NCBI GenBank assembly: GCA_964016885.1
Contig: OZ024740.1
Span: 295,306,001-295,370,000 of the forward strand
Origin: Eledone cirrhosa
Taxonomy: Eukaryota
DNA length: 64,000 nt
Reading direction: 5' to 3'
Shown here: positions 23,852-36,300 of the stretch, piece by piece
How the letters are laid out: every line of letters starts with the position of its first letter
Numbering within the stretch: position 1 is the first letter of the stretch
Made by a program: the position numbers and the translations under genes
Notes under the pieces: generated by a model
Databases searched by the model: none
What the model saw: only the letters and a program-made list of their open reading frames with translations
Told to the model about the DNA's origin: nothing

Positions 23852-26446
23852 TTAATGCTGAAATTTTCTGGAAAAAATGACGAAATTTTCTGGAAAAAAT
23901 GACGAAATTTTCAGCAAAAATGACGAAATTTTCTGGAAAAATTGACGAAATATTCTGGATAAATTGACGAAATATTCGTGAAAAATGTCGAAATTTTTTG
24001 GAAACAATGACGAAATTTTCGGGAAATATTGACGAAATTTTCTGTGAAAAATGCCGAAATTTTCGGGAAAAAACGTCGAAATTTTGGTCAAAAATTGTTG
24101 AAATTTTCGGCAAAAATTGTTGAAATTTTCGGCTGAAACTGACGAAATTTTCGGGAAAAAATGATGAAATTTTCGGCAAAAATTGACTAAATTTTCCGGA
24201 AAAAATGACGAAATTTCCGGCAAAAATTTACGAAATTTTCATGAAAAAATGATGAAATTTTCTGTAAATTTGACGAAAATTTCGGGAAAAAATGCTGAAA
24301 TTTTCTGGAAAATATGACGAAATTTTTAGCAAAAATGACGAAATTTTCTGGAAAAATTGACGAAATATCCTGGATAAATTGACGAAATATTCGGGAAAAA
24401 ATGTCGAAATTTTTTTGAAAAAATGACGAAATTATCGGCAAAAAATGATGAAATTTTCGGGAAAAATTGACGAAATTTTCTTTGAAAAATGCCGAAATTT
24501 TCGGGAAAAAACGTCGAAATTTTCGGGAAAAAATGATGAAATTTTTGGCAACAACTGACTAAATTTTCCGGAAAAAATGACGAAATATTCGGCAAAAAAT
24601 GACGAAATTTTCGTGAAAAAATGCCGAAATTTTCCGCAAAAATTGACTAAATTTTCGGGAAAAATTGACGAAATTTTCGGTAAAAAATCAGGAATTTTTA
24701 GGCAAAAATTGACGAAATTTTCGGGAAAAATTGACGAAATTTTCGGGAAAAAATGCCGAAACTTTAGGGAAAAAAATGATAAAATTTTCGGCAAAAATTG
24801 ACGACATTTTCGGGAAAAAATGACGAAAGTTTCGGCAAAAAGTGACGAAATTTTCTTGGAAAAATGCCGTAATTTTCTGGAAAAAACGTCGAAATTTTCG
24901 GCAAAAATTGTTGAAATTTTCGGCTGAAATTGACGAAATTTTCGGGAAAAAATGATGAAATTTTCGGCATAAATTGACTAAATTTACGGAAAAAATGACG
25001 AAAATATCGGCAAAAATTGACGAAATTTTCGTGAAAATATGCCGAAATTTTCCGCAAAAATTGACTAAATTTTCTGTAAAAATTGACGAAATTTTCGGTA
25101 AAAAATGAGGAATTTTTAGGCAAAAATTGACGAAATTTTCGGGTAAAAATGCCGAAATTTTAGGGGGAAAAATGATGAAATTTTCGGCAAAAATTGACGA
25201 CATTTTCGGGAAAAAATGACGAAAGTTTCGGGAAAAAAGGACGAAATTTTCGGGAAAAAAGGACGAAATTTTCTGTGAAAAATGCCGAAATTTTCGGGAA
25301 AAAAGGTCGAAATTTTCGGCAAAAACTGTTGAAATTTTCGGCAAAAATTGTTGAAATTTTCGGCTGAAACTGACGAAATTTTCGGGAAAAAATGACGAAC
25401 TTTCCGGCAAAAATTTACGAAATTTTCATGAAAAAATGATGAAATTTTCTGTAAAAATTGACGAAAGTTTCGGGAAAAAATGCTGAAATTTTCTGGAAAA
25501 AATGACGAAATTTTCTGGAAAAATTGACGAAATATCCTGGATAAATTGACGAAATATTCGGTAAAAAATGTCGAAATTTTTTTGAAAAAATGACGAAATT
25601 ATCGGCAAAAAATGATGAAATTTTCGGGAAAAATTGACGAAATTTTCTTTGATAAATGCCGAAATTTTCGGGAAAAAACGTCGAAATTTTCGGCTGAAAC
25701 TGACGAAATTTTCGGGAAAAAATGATGAAATTTTGGGCAAAAATTGACTAAATTTTCCGGAAAAAATGACGAAGTATTCGGCAAAAAATGACGAAATTTT
25801 CGTGAAAAAATGCCGAAATTTTCCACAAAAATTGACTAAAATTTCGGGAAAAATTGACGAAATTTTCGGGAAAAAATGCCGAAACTTTAGGGAAAAAAAT
25901 GATGAGATTTTCGGCAAAAATTGACTACATTTTCGGGAAAAAATGACGAAAGTTTCGGCAAAAAGTGACGAAATTTTCTTGAAAAAATGCCGAAATTTTC
26001 GGCAAAAACTGACGAAATTTTCGCGAAAAAATGCCGAAATTTTCCGCAAAAATTGACGAAATTTTCTGTAAAAATTGACGAAATTTTCGGTAAAAAATGA
26101 GGAATTTTTAGGCAAAAATTGACGAAATTTTAGGGGAAAAATGAAAAAATTTTCGGCAAAAATTGACGACATTTTCGGGAAAAAATGACGAAAGTTTCGG
26201 GAAAAAATGCCTAAATTTTCGGGAAAAAAGGACGAAATTTTCGGTAAAAGTGACGAAATTTTCGGCAAAAATTGACGAAATTTTCGGCAGAATTTGACGA
26301 AATTTTCGGGAAAAAACGCCGAAATTTTCGGGGAAAAATGAAAAAGTTTTCGGCCAAAATGACGAAATTTTCGGGAAAAAACGAGGAAATTTTCATGAAA
26401 AAATGCCCAAATGTTCAGCAAAAAATGACGAAATTTTCGGCAAAAA
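23852..26446 (+). repeat. SatB block 8 (2595 bp, chimeric double block)
   Basis: 22-bp tandem; 3' part matches block 7 at an offset of 3587 bp. Confidence 0.95.
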
Positions 26447-26527
26447 TTAGGAGGTAGAATCTTAGGGGGTAGAACCTTAGGAGGTAAAACCTTAGGAGGT
26501 AGAACCAAGGGGTAGAAGCTTAGGGGG
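26447..26527 (+). repeat. SatC linker L8 (AAGCTT variant)
   Basis: 15-bp TTAGG units. Confidence 0.95.
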
Positions 26528-28578
26528 AATCCATTTTTTATTTCGGTGATCCATTTTCTATTTGGGGGATCCATTTTTTATTTCGGTGATCCATTTTTTA
26601 TTTGGGTGATCCATTTTTTATTTGATGGATCTCCCAAATAAAAAATGGATCACCCAAATAAAAAATGGATCCCCCAAATAAAAAATGGATCACCCAAATA
26701 AAAAATGGATCACCCAAATAAAAACTTGATCCTCCAAATAAAAAATGGATCCCCCAAATAAAAAATGGATCCCCCAAATAAAAAATGGATCCCCCAAATA
26801 AAAAATGGATCACCCAAATAAAAACTGGATCCCCCAAATAAAAAATGGATCCCCCAAATAAAAAATTGATCACCCAAATAAAAAATGGATCGCCCAAATA
26901 AAAAATGGACCCAAAAAATTAAAAATGGATCCCCCAAATAAAAAATGGATCCCCCAAATAAAAAATGGATCCCCCAAATAAAAAATGGATCACCCAAATT
27001 AAAAATTGATCACCCAAATAAAAAATGGATCGCCCAAATAAAAAATGGATCGCCCAAATAAAAAATGGATCACCCAAATAAAAAATGGATCACCCAAATA
27101 AAAAATGGATCCCCCAAATAAAAAATAGATCCCCCAAATAAAAAATGGATCCCCCAAATAAAAAATTGATCACTCAAATAAAAAATGGATCGCCCAAATA
27201 AAAAATGGATCCAAAAAATTAAAAATGGATCCCCCAAATAAAAAATAGATCCCCCAAATAAAAAATGGATCCCCCAAATAAAAAATGGATCACCCAAATA
27301 AAAAATTGATCACCCAAATAAAAAATGGATCGCCCAAATAAAAAATGGATCCAAAAAATTAAAAATGGATCCCCCAAATAAAAAATGGATCCCCCAAATA
27401 AAAAATGGATCCCCCAAATAAAAAATGGATCACCCAAATTAAAAATTGATCACCCAAATAAAAAATGGATCGCCCAAATAAAAAATGGATCACCCAAATA
27501 AAAAATGGATCACCCAAATAAAAAATGGATCCCCCAAATAAAAAATAGATCCCCCAAATGAAAAATGGATCGCCCGAATAAAAAATGGATCCAAAAAATT
27601 AAAAATGGATCCCCCAAATAAAAAATGGATCCCCCAAATAAAAAATGGATCCCCCAAATAAAAAATGGATCACCCAAATAAAAAATTGATCACCCAAATA
27701 AAAAATGGATCGCCCAAATAAAAAATGGATCGCCCAAATAAAAAATGGATCACCCAAATAAAAAATGGATCACCCAAATAAAAAATGGATCCCCCAAATA
27801 AAAAATGGATCCCCCAAATAAAAAATAGATCCCCCAAATAAAAAATGGATCCCCCAAATAAAAAATTGATCACTCAAATAAAAAATGGATCGCCCAAATA
27901 AAAAATGGATCCAAAAAATTAAAAATGGATCCCCCAAATAAAAAATAGATCCCCCAAATAAAAAATGGATCCCCCAAATAAAAAATGGATCACCCAAATA
28001 AAAAATTGATCACCCAAATAAAAAATGGATCGCCCAAATAAAAAATGGATCCAAAAAATTAAAAATGGATCCCCCAAATAAAAAATGGATCCCCCAAATA
28101 AAAAATGGATCCCCCAAATAAAAAATGGATCACCCAAATTAAAAATTGATCACCCAAATAAAAAATGGATCGCCCAAATAAAAAATGGATCGCCCAAATA
28201 AAAAATGGATCACCCAAATAAAAAATGGATCACCCAAATAAAAAATGGATCCCCCAAATAAAAAATAGATCCCCCAAATAAAAAATGGATCGCCCAAATA
28301 AAAAATGGATCCAAAAAATTAAAAATGGATCCCCCAAATAAAAAATGGATCCCCCAAATAAAAAATGGATCCCCCAAATAAAAAATGGATCACCCAAATA
28401 AAAAATTGATCACCCAAATAAAAAATGGATCGCCCAAATAAAAAATGGATCGCCCAAATAAAAAATGGATCACCCAAATAAAAAATGGATCACCCAAATA
28501 AAAAATGGATCCCCCAAATAAAAAATAGATCCCCCAAATAAAAAATGGATCACCCAAATAAAAAATGGATCACCCAAA
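26528..28578. repeat. SatA array, mostly forward, with a 700-bp higher-order repeat
   Basis: Switch near 26629; ORF pairs 27070/27770 and 27219/27919 are offset by 700 bp. Confidence 0.95.
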
Positions 28579-30576
28579 TTAATGCTGAAATTTTCTGGAA
28601 AAAATGACGAAATTTTCTGGAAAAAATGACGAAATTTTCAGCAAAAATGACGAAATTTTCTGGAAAAATTGACGAAATATTCTGGATAAATTGACGAAAT
28701 ATTCGTGAAAAATGTCGAAATTTTTTGGAAACAATGACGAAATTTTCGGGAAATATTGACGAAATTTTCTGTGAAAAATGCCGAAATTTTCGGGAAAAAA
28801 CGTCGAAATTTTGGTCAAAAATTGTTGAAATTTTCGGCAAAAATTGTTGAAATTTTCGGCTGAAACTGACGAAATTTTCGGGAAAAAATGATGAAATTTT
28901 CGGCAAAAATTGACTAAATTTTCCGGAAAAAATGACGAAATTTCCGGCAAAAATTTACGAAATTTTCATGAAAAAATGATGAAATTTTCTGTAAATTTGA
29001 CGAAAATTTCGGGAAAAAATGCTGAAATTTTCTGGAAAATATGACGAAATTTTTAGCAAAAATGACGAAATTTTCTGGAAAAATTGACGAAATATCCTGG
29101 ATAAATTGACGAAATATTCGGGAAAAAATGTCGAAATTTTTTTGAAAAAATGACGAAATTATCGGCAAAAAATGATGAAATTTTCGGGAAAAATTGACGA
29201 AATTTTCTTTGAAAAATGCCGAAATTTTCGGGAAAAAACGTCGAAATTTTCGGGAAAAAATGATGAAATTTTTGGCAACAACTGACTAAATTTTCCGGAA
29301 AAAATGACGAAATATTCGGCAAAAAATGACGAAATTTTCGTGAAAAAATGCCGAAATTTTCCGCAAAAATTGACTAAATTTTCGGGAAAAATTGACGAAA
29401 TTTTCGGTAAAAAATCAGGAATTTTTAGGCAAAAATTGACGAAATTTTCGGGAAAAATTGACGAAATTTTCGGGAAAAAATGCCGAAACTTTAGGGAAAA
29501 AAATGATAAAATTTTCGGCAAAAATTGACGACATTTTCGGGAAAAAATGACGAAAGTTTCGGCAAAAAGTGACGAAATTTTCTTGGAAAAATGCCGTAAT
29601 TTTCTTGAAAAACGTCGAAATTTTCGGCAAAAATTGTTGAAATTTTCGGCTGAAATTGACGAAATTTTCGGGAAAAAATGATGAAATTTTCGGCATAAAT
29701 TGACTAAATTTACGGAAAAAATGACGAAAATATCGGCAAAAATTGACGAAATTTTCGTGAAAATATGCCGAAATTTTCTTTGATAAATGCCGAAATTTTC
29801 GGGAAAAAACGTCGAAATTTTCGGCTGAAACTGACGAAATTTTCGGGAAAAAATGATGAAATTTTGGACAAAAATTGACTAAATTTTCCGGAAAAAATGA
29901 CGAAATATTCGGCAAAAAATGACGAAATTTTCGTGAAAAAATGCCGAAATTTTCCGCAAAAATTGACTAAAATTTTGGGAAAAATTGACGAAATTTTCGG
30001 GAAAAAATGCCGAAATTTAGGGAAAAAAATGATGAGATTTTCGGCAAAAATTGACTACATTTTCGGGAAAAAATGACGAAAGTTTCGGCAAAAAGTGACG
30101 AAATTTTCTTGAAAAAATGCCGAAATTTTCGGCAAAAACTGACGAAATTTTCGCGAAAAAATGCCGAAATTTTCCGCAAAAATTGACGAAATTTTCTGTA
30201 AAAATTGACGAAATTTTCGGTAAAAAATGAGGAATTTTTAGGCAAAAATTGACGAAATTTTAGGGGAAAAATGAAAAAATTTTCGGCAAAAATTGACGAC
30301 ATTTTCGGGAAAAAATGACGAAAGTTTCGGGAAAAAATGCCTAAATTTTCGGGAAAAAAGGACGAAATTTTCGGTAAAAGTGACGAAATTTTCGGCAAAA
30401 ATTGACGAAATTTTCGGCAGAATTTGACGAAATTTTCGGGAAAAAACGCCGAAATTTTCGGGGAAAAATGAAAAAGTTTTCGGCCAAAATGACGAAATTT
30501 TCGGGAAAAAACGAGGAAATTTTCATGAAAAAATGCCCAAATGTTCAGCAAAAAATGACGAAATTTTCGGCAAAAA
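28579..30576 (+). repeat. SatB block 9 (1998 bp)
   Basis: 22-bp tandem. Confidence 0.95.
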
Positions 30577-30657
30577 TTAGGAGGTAGAATCTTAGGGGGT
30601 AGAACCTTAGGAGGTAAAACCTTAGGAGGTAGAACCAAGGGGTAGAAGCTTAGGGGG
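30577..30657 (+). repeat. SatC linker L9 (AAGCTT variant)
   Basis: 15-bp TTAGG units. Confidence 0.95.
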
Positions 30658-31608
30658 AATCCATTTTTTATTTCGGTGATCCATTTTCTATTTGGGGGAT
30701 CCATTTTTTATTTCGGTGATCCATTTTTTATTTGGGTGATCCATTTTTTATTTGATGGATCTCCCAAATAAAAAATGGATCACCCAAATAAAAAATGGAT
30801 CCCCCAAATAAAAAATGGATCACCCAAATAAAAAATGGATCACCCAAATAAAAACTTGATCCTCCAAATAAAAAATGGATCCCCCAAATAAAAAATGGAT
30901 CCCCCAAATAAAAAATGGATCCCCCAAATAAAAAATGGATCACCCAAATAAAAACTGGATCCCCCAAATAAAAAATGGATCCCCCAAATAAAAAATTGAT
31001 CACCCAAATAAAAAATGGATCGCCCAAATAAAAAATGGATCCAAAAAATTAAAAATGGATCCCCCAAATAAAAAATGGATCCCCCAAATAAAAAATGGAT
31101 CCCCCAAATAAAAAATGGATCACCCAAATTAAAAATTGATCACCCAAATAAAAAATGGATCACCCAAATAAAAAATGGATCGCCCAAATAAAAAATGGAT
31201 CACCCAAATAAAAAATGGATCACCCAAATAAAAAATGGATCCCCCAAATAAAAAATAGATCCCCCAAATAAAAAATGGATCCCCCAAATAAAAAATTGAT
31301 CACCCAAATAAAAAATGGATCGCCCAAATAAAAAATGGATCCAAAAAATTAAAAATGGATCCCCCAAATAAAAAATGGATCCCCCAAATAAAAAATGGAT
31401 CCCCCAAATAAAAAATGGATCACCCAAATTAAAAATTGATCACCCAAATAAAAAATGGATCGCCCAAATAAAAAATGGATCGCCCAAATAAAAAATGGAT
31501 CACCCAAATAAAAAATGGATCACCCAAATAAAAAATGGATCCCCCAAATAAAAAATAGATCCCCCAAATAAAAAATAGATCACCCAAATAAAAAATGGAT
31601 CACCCAAA
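30658..31608. repeat. SatA array with a 300-bp higher-order repeat
   Basis: Switch near 30759; 30961-31260 is nearly identical to 31261-31560. Confidence 0.95.
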
Positions 31609-33278
31609 TTAATGCTGAAATTTTCTGGAAAAAATGACGAAATTTTCTGGAAAAAATGACGAAATTTTCAGCAAAAATGACGAAATTTTCTGGAAAAATT
31701 GACGAAATATTCTGGATAAATTGACGAAATATTCGTGAAAAATGTCGAAATTTTTTGGAAACAATGACGAAATTTTCGGGAAATATTGACGAAATTTTCT
31801 GTGAAAAATGCCGAAATTTTCGGGAAAAAACGTCGAAATTTTGGTCAAAAATTGTTGAAATTTTCGGCAAAAATTGTTGAAATTTTCGGCTGAAACTGAC
31901 GAAATTTTCGGGAAAAAATGATGAAATTTTCGGCAAAAATTGACTAAATTTTCCGGAAAAAATGACGAAATTTCCGGCAAAAATTTACGAAATTTTCATG
32001 GAAAAATGATGAAATTTTCTGTAAATTTGACGAAAATTTCGGGAAAAAATGCTGAAATTTTCTGGAAAATATGACGAAATTTTTAGCAAAAATGACGAAA
32101 TTTTCTGGAAAAATTGACGAAATATCCTGGATAAATTGACGAAATATTCGGGAAAAAATGTCGAAATTTTTTTGAAAAAATGACGAAATTATCGGCAAAA
32201 AATGATGAAATTTTCGGGAAAAATTGACGAAATTTTCTTTGAAAAATGCCGAAATTTTCGGGAAAAAACGTCGAAATTTTCGGGAAAAAATGATGAAATT
32301 TTTGGCAACAACTGACTAAATTTTCCGGAAAAAATGACGAAATATTCGGCAAAAAATGACGAAATTTTCGTGAAAAAATGCCGAAATTTTCCGCAAAAAT
32401 TGACTAAATTTTCGGGAAAAATTGACGAAATTTTCGGTAAAAAATCAGGAATTTTTAGGCAAAAATTGACGAAATTTTCGGGAAAAATTGACGAAATTTT
32501 CGGGAAAAAATGCCGAAACTTTAGGGAAAAAAATGATAAAATTTTCGGCAAAAATTGACGACATTTTCGGGAAAAAATGACGAAAGTTTCGGCAAAAAGT
32601 GACGAAATTTTCTTGGAAAAATGCCGTAATTTTCTGGAAAAAACGTCGAAATTTTCGGCAAAAATTGTTGAAATTTTCGGCTGAAATTGACGAAATTTTC
32701 GGGAAAAAATGATGAAATTTTCGGCATAAATTGACTAAATTTACGGAAAAAATGACGAAAATATCGGCAAAAATTGACGAAATTTTCGTGAAAATATGCC
32801 GAAATTTTCCGCAAAAATTGTCTAAATTTTCTGTAAAAATTGACGAAATTTTCGGTAAAAAATAAGGAATTTTTAGGCAAAAATTGACGAAATTTTCGGG
32901 TAAAAATGCCGAAATTTTAGGGGGAAAAATGATGAAATTTTCGGCAAAAATTGACGACATTTTCGGGAAAAAATGACGAAAGTTTCGGGAAAAAAGGACG
33001 AAATTTTCGGGAAAAAAGGACGAAATTTTCGGTAAAAAGTGACGAAATTTTCGGCAAAAATTGACGAAATTTTCGGCAGAATTTGACGAAATTTTCTTCA
33101 AAAAAATCCGAAGTTTTCGGCAAAAATTGACGATGTTGTCGGGAAAAAAGGCCGAAATTTTCGAGGAAAAATGAAAAAATTTTCGGCCAAAATAACGAAA
33201 TTTTCGGGAAAAAACGACGAAATTTTCGTGAAAAATGCCCAAATGTTCGGCAAAAAATGACGAAATTTTCGGCAAAAA
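31609..33278 (+). repeat. SatB block 10 (1670 bp)
   Basis: 22-bp tandem. Confidence 0.95.
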
Positions 33279-33329
33279 TTAGGAGGTAGAATCTTAGGGG
33301 GTAGAACCAAGGGGTAGAACCTTAGGGGG
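33279..33329 (+). repeat. SatC linker L10, short form (two 15-bp units fewer)
   Basis: TTAGGAGGTAGAATC TTAGGGGGTAGAACC AAGGGGTAGAACC TTAGGGGG. Confidence 0.95.
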
Positions 33330-36300
33330 AATCCATTTTTTATTTCGGTGATCCATTTTCTATTTGGGGGATACATTTTTTATTTCGGTGATCCATTTTT
33401 TGTTTGGGTGATCCATTTTTTATTTGATGGATCTCCCAAATAAAAAATGGAACACCCAAATAAAAAATGGATCCCCCAAATAAAAAATGGATCCCCCAAA
33501 TAAAAAAAGGATTACCCAAATAAAAAATGGATCACCCAAATAAAAAATGGATCAACCAAATAAAAAATGGATCCCCCAAATAAAAAATGGATCACCCAAA
33601 TAAAAAATGGATCACACAATTAAAAAATGAATCCCCCAAATAAAAAATGGATCACCCAAATAAAAAAAGGATCCATTTTTTATTTGGGGGATCCATTTTT
33701 TATTTGGGTGATCCATTTTTTATTTGATGGATCTCCCAAATAAAAAATGGAACACCCAAATAAAAAATGGATCCCCCAAATAAAAAATGGATCCCCCAAA
33801 TAAAAAAAGGATTACCCAAATAAAAAATGGATCACCCAAATAAAAAATGGATCAACCAAATAAAAAATGGATCCCCCAAATAAAAAATGGATCACCCAAA
33901 TAAAAAATGGATCACACAATTAAAAAATGAATCCCCCAAATAAAAAATGGATCACCCAAATAAAAAAAGGATCCATTTTTTATTTGGGGGATCCATTTTT
34001 TATTTGGGTGATCCATTTTTTATTTGGGGGATCCCTTTTTTATTTGGGTGATCCATTTTTTATTTGGGTGATCCATTTTTTATTTGAGTGATCCATTTTT
34101 TATTTGGGGGATCCATTTTTTATTTGGGTGATCCATTTTTTATTTGGGGTATCCATTTTTTATTTGGTGGATCCATTTTTTATTTGGGTGATCCATTTTT
34201 TATTTGGGTGATCCATTTTTTATTTGGGTGATCCATTTTTTATTTCGGTGATCCCCAAATAAAAAAGGATCACCCAAATAAAAAAGGGATCACCCAAATA
34301 AAAAATGGATCTACCAAATAAAAAATGGATCGCCTAAATAAAAAATGGATCCAAAAAATTTAAAATGGATCACCCAAATAAAAAATGGATCCCCCAAATA
34401 AAAAATAGATCACCCAAATAAAAAATGGATACCCCAAATAAAAAATGGATCCCCCAAATAAAAAATGGATCCCCCAAATCAAAAATGGATTACCCAAATA
34501 AAATATGGATCACCCAAATAAAAAATGGATCACCCAAATAAAAAATGGATCCCCCAAATAAAAAAAGGATCACCCAAATAAAAAATGGATCACCCAAATA
34601 AAAAATGGATCACCCAAATAAAAAATGGATCCCCCAAATAAAAAATGGATCCTTTTTTTATTTGGGTGATCCATTTTTTATTTGGGTGATCCATTTTTTA
34701 TTTGGGGGATCCATTTTTTATTTGGTGGATCCATTTTTTATTTGGGTGATCCATTTTTTATTTGGGTGATCCATTTTTTATTTGGGGGATCCATTTTTTA
34801 TTTCGGTGATCCATTTTTTATTTGGCTGATCCATTTTTTATTTGATGGATCTACCCAATAAAAAATGGATCACCCAAATAAAAAATGGATCCCCCAAATA
34901 AAAAATTGATCACCCAAATAAAAAATGGATCACCCAAACAAAAAATGGATCACCCAAATAAAAATGGATCCCCCAAATAAAAAATGGATCCCCCAAATAA
35001 AAAATGGATCACCCAAATAAAAAATGGATCCCCCAAACAAAAAATGGATCACCCAAATAAAAACTTGATCCTCCAAATAAAAAATGGATCACCCAAATAA
35101 AAAATGGATCCCCCAAATAAAAAATGGATCCCCCAAATAAAAAATGGATCCCCCAAATAAAAAATCGATCACCCAAATAAAAACTGGATCCCCCAAATAA
35201 AAAATGGATCCCCCAAATAAAAAATTGATCACCCAAATAAAAAATGGATCGCCCAAATAAAAAATGGATCCAAAAAATTAAAAGTGGATCACCCAAATAA
35301 AAAATGGATCACCCAAATAAAAAATGGATCACCCAAATATAAAATGAATCACCCAAATAAAAAATGGATCACCCAAATAAAAAACGGATCCCCCCAAATA
35401 AAAAATGGATCCCCCAAATAAAAAAATGGATCACCCAAATAAAAAAGGATCCATTTTTTATTTGGGTGATCCATTTTTTATTTGGGTGGTAGATTTTTTA
35501 TTTGGGGGATCCATTTTTTATTTGGGGGATCCATTTTTTATTTGGGTGATCCATTTTTTATTTGGGGGATCCATTTTTTATTTGGGGGATCCATTTTTTA
35601 TTTGGGTGATCCATTCTTTATTTGGGGGATCCATTTTTATTTGGGGGATCCATTTTTTGTTTGGGTGATCCATTTTTTATTTGGGGGATCCATTTTTTAT
35701 TTGGGGGATCCATTTTTTATTTGGGTGATCCATTTTTTATTTGGGGCATCCATTTTTTATTTGGGTGATCTATTTTTTATTTGGGGGATCCATTTTTTAT
35801 TTGGAGGATCCATTTTTTATTTGGGTGATCCATTTTTTATTTGGGGGATCCATTTTTTATTTGGGTAATCCATTTTCTATTTGGGTGATCCATTTTTTAT
35901 TTGAGGGATCTATTTTTTATTTGGGTGATCCATTTTTTATTTGGGTGATCCATTTTTTATTTGGGTGATCCATTTTTTATTTGGTGGATCCATTTTTTAT
36001 TTGGGGGATCCATTTTTTATTTGGTGGATCCATTTTTTATTTGGGTGATCCATTTTTTATTTGGGGGTTCCATTTTTTATTTGGGGGATCCATCAAATAA
36101 AAAATGGATCAGCCAAATAAAAAATGGATCACCCAAATAAAAAATGGATCCCCCAAATAAAAAATGGTTCACCCAAATAAAAAATGGACCACAAATAAAA
36201 AATGGATCACCCAAATAAAAAATGGATCACCCAAATAGAAAATGGATCCCCCCCCAAAAAAATGGATCACCCAAATAAAAATGGATCCCCCAAATAAAAA

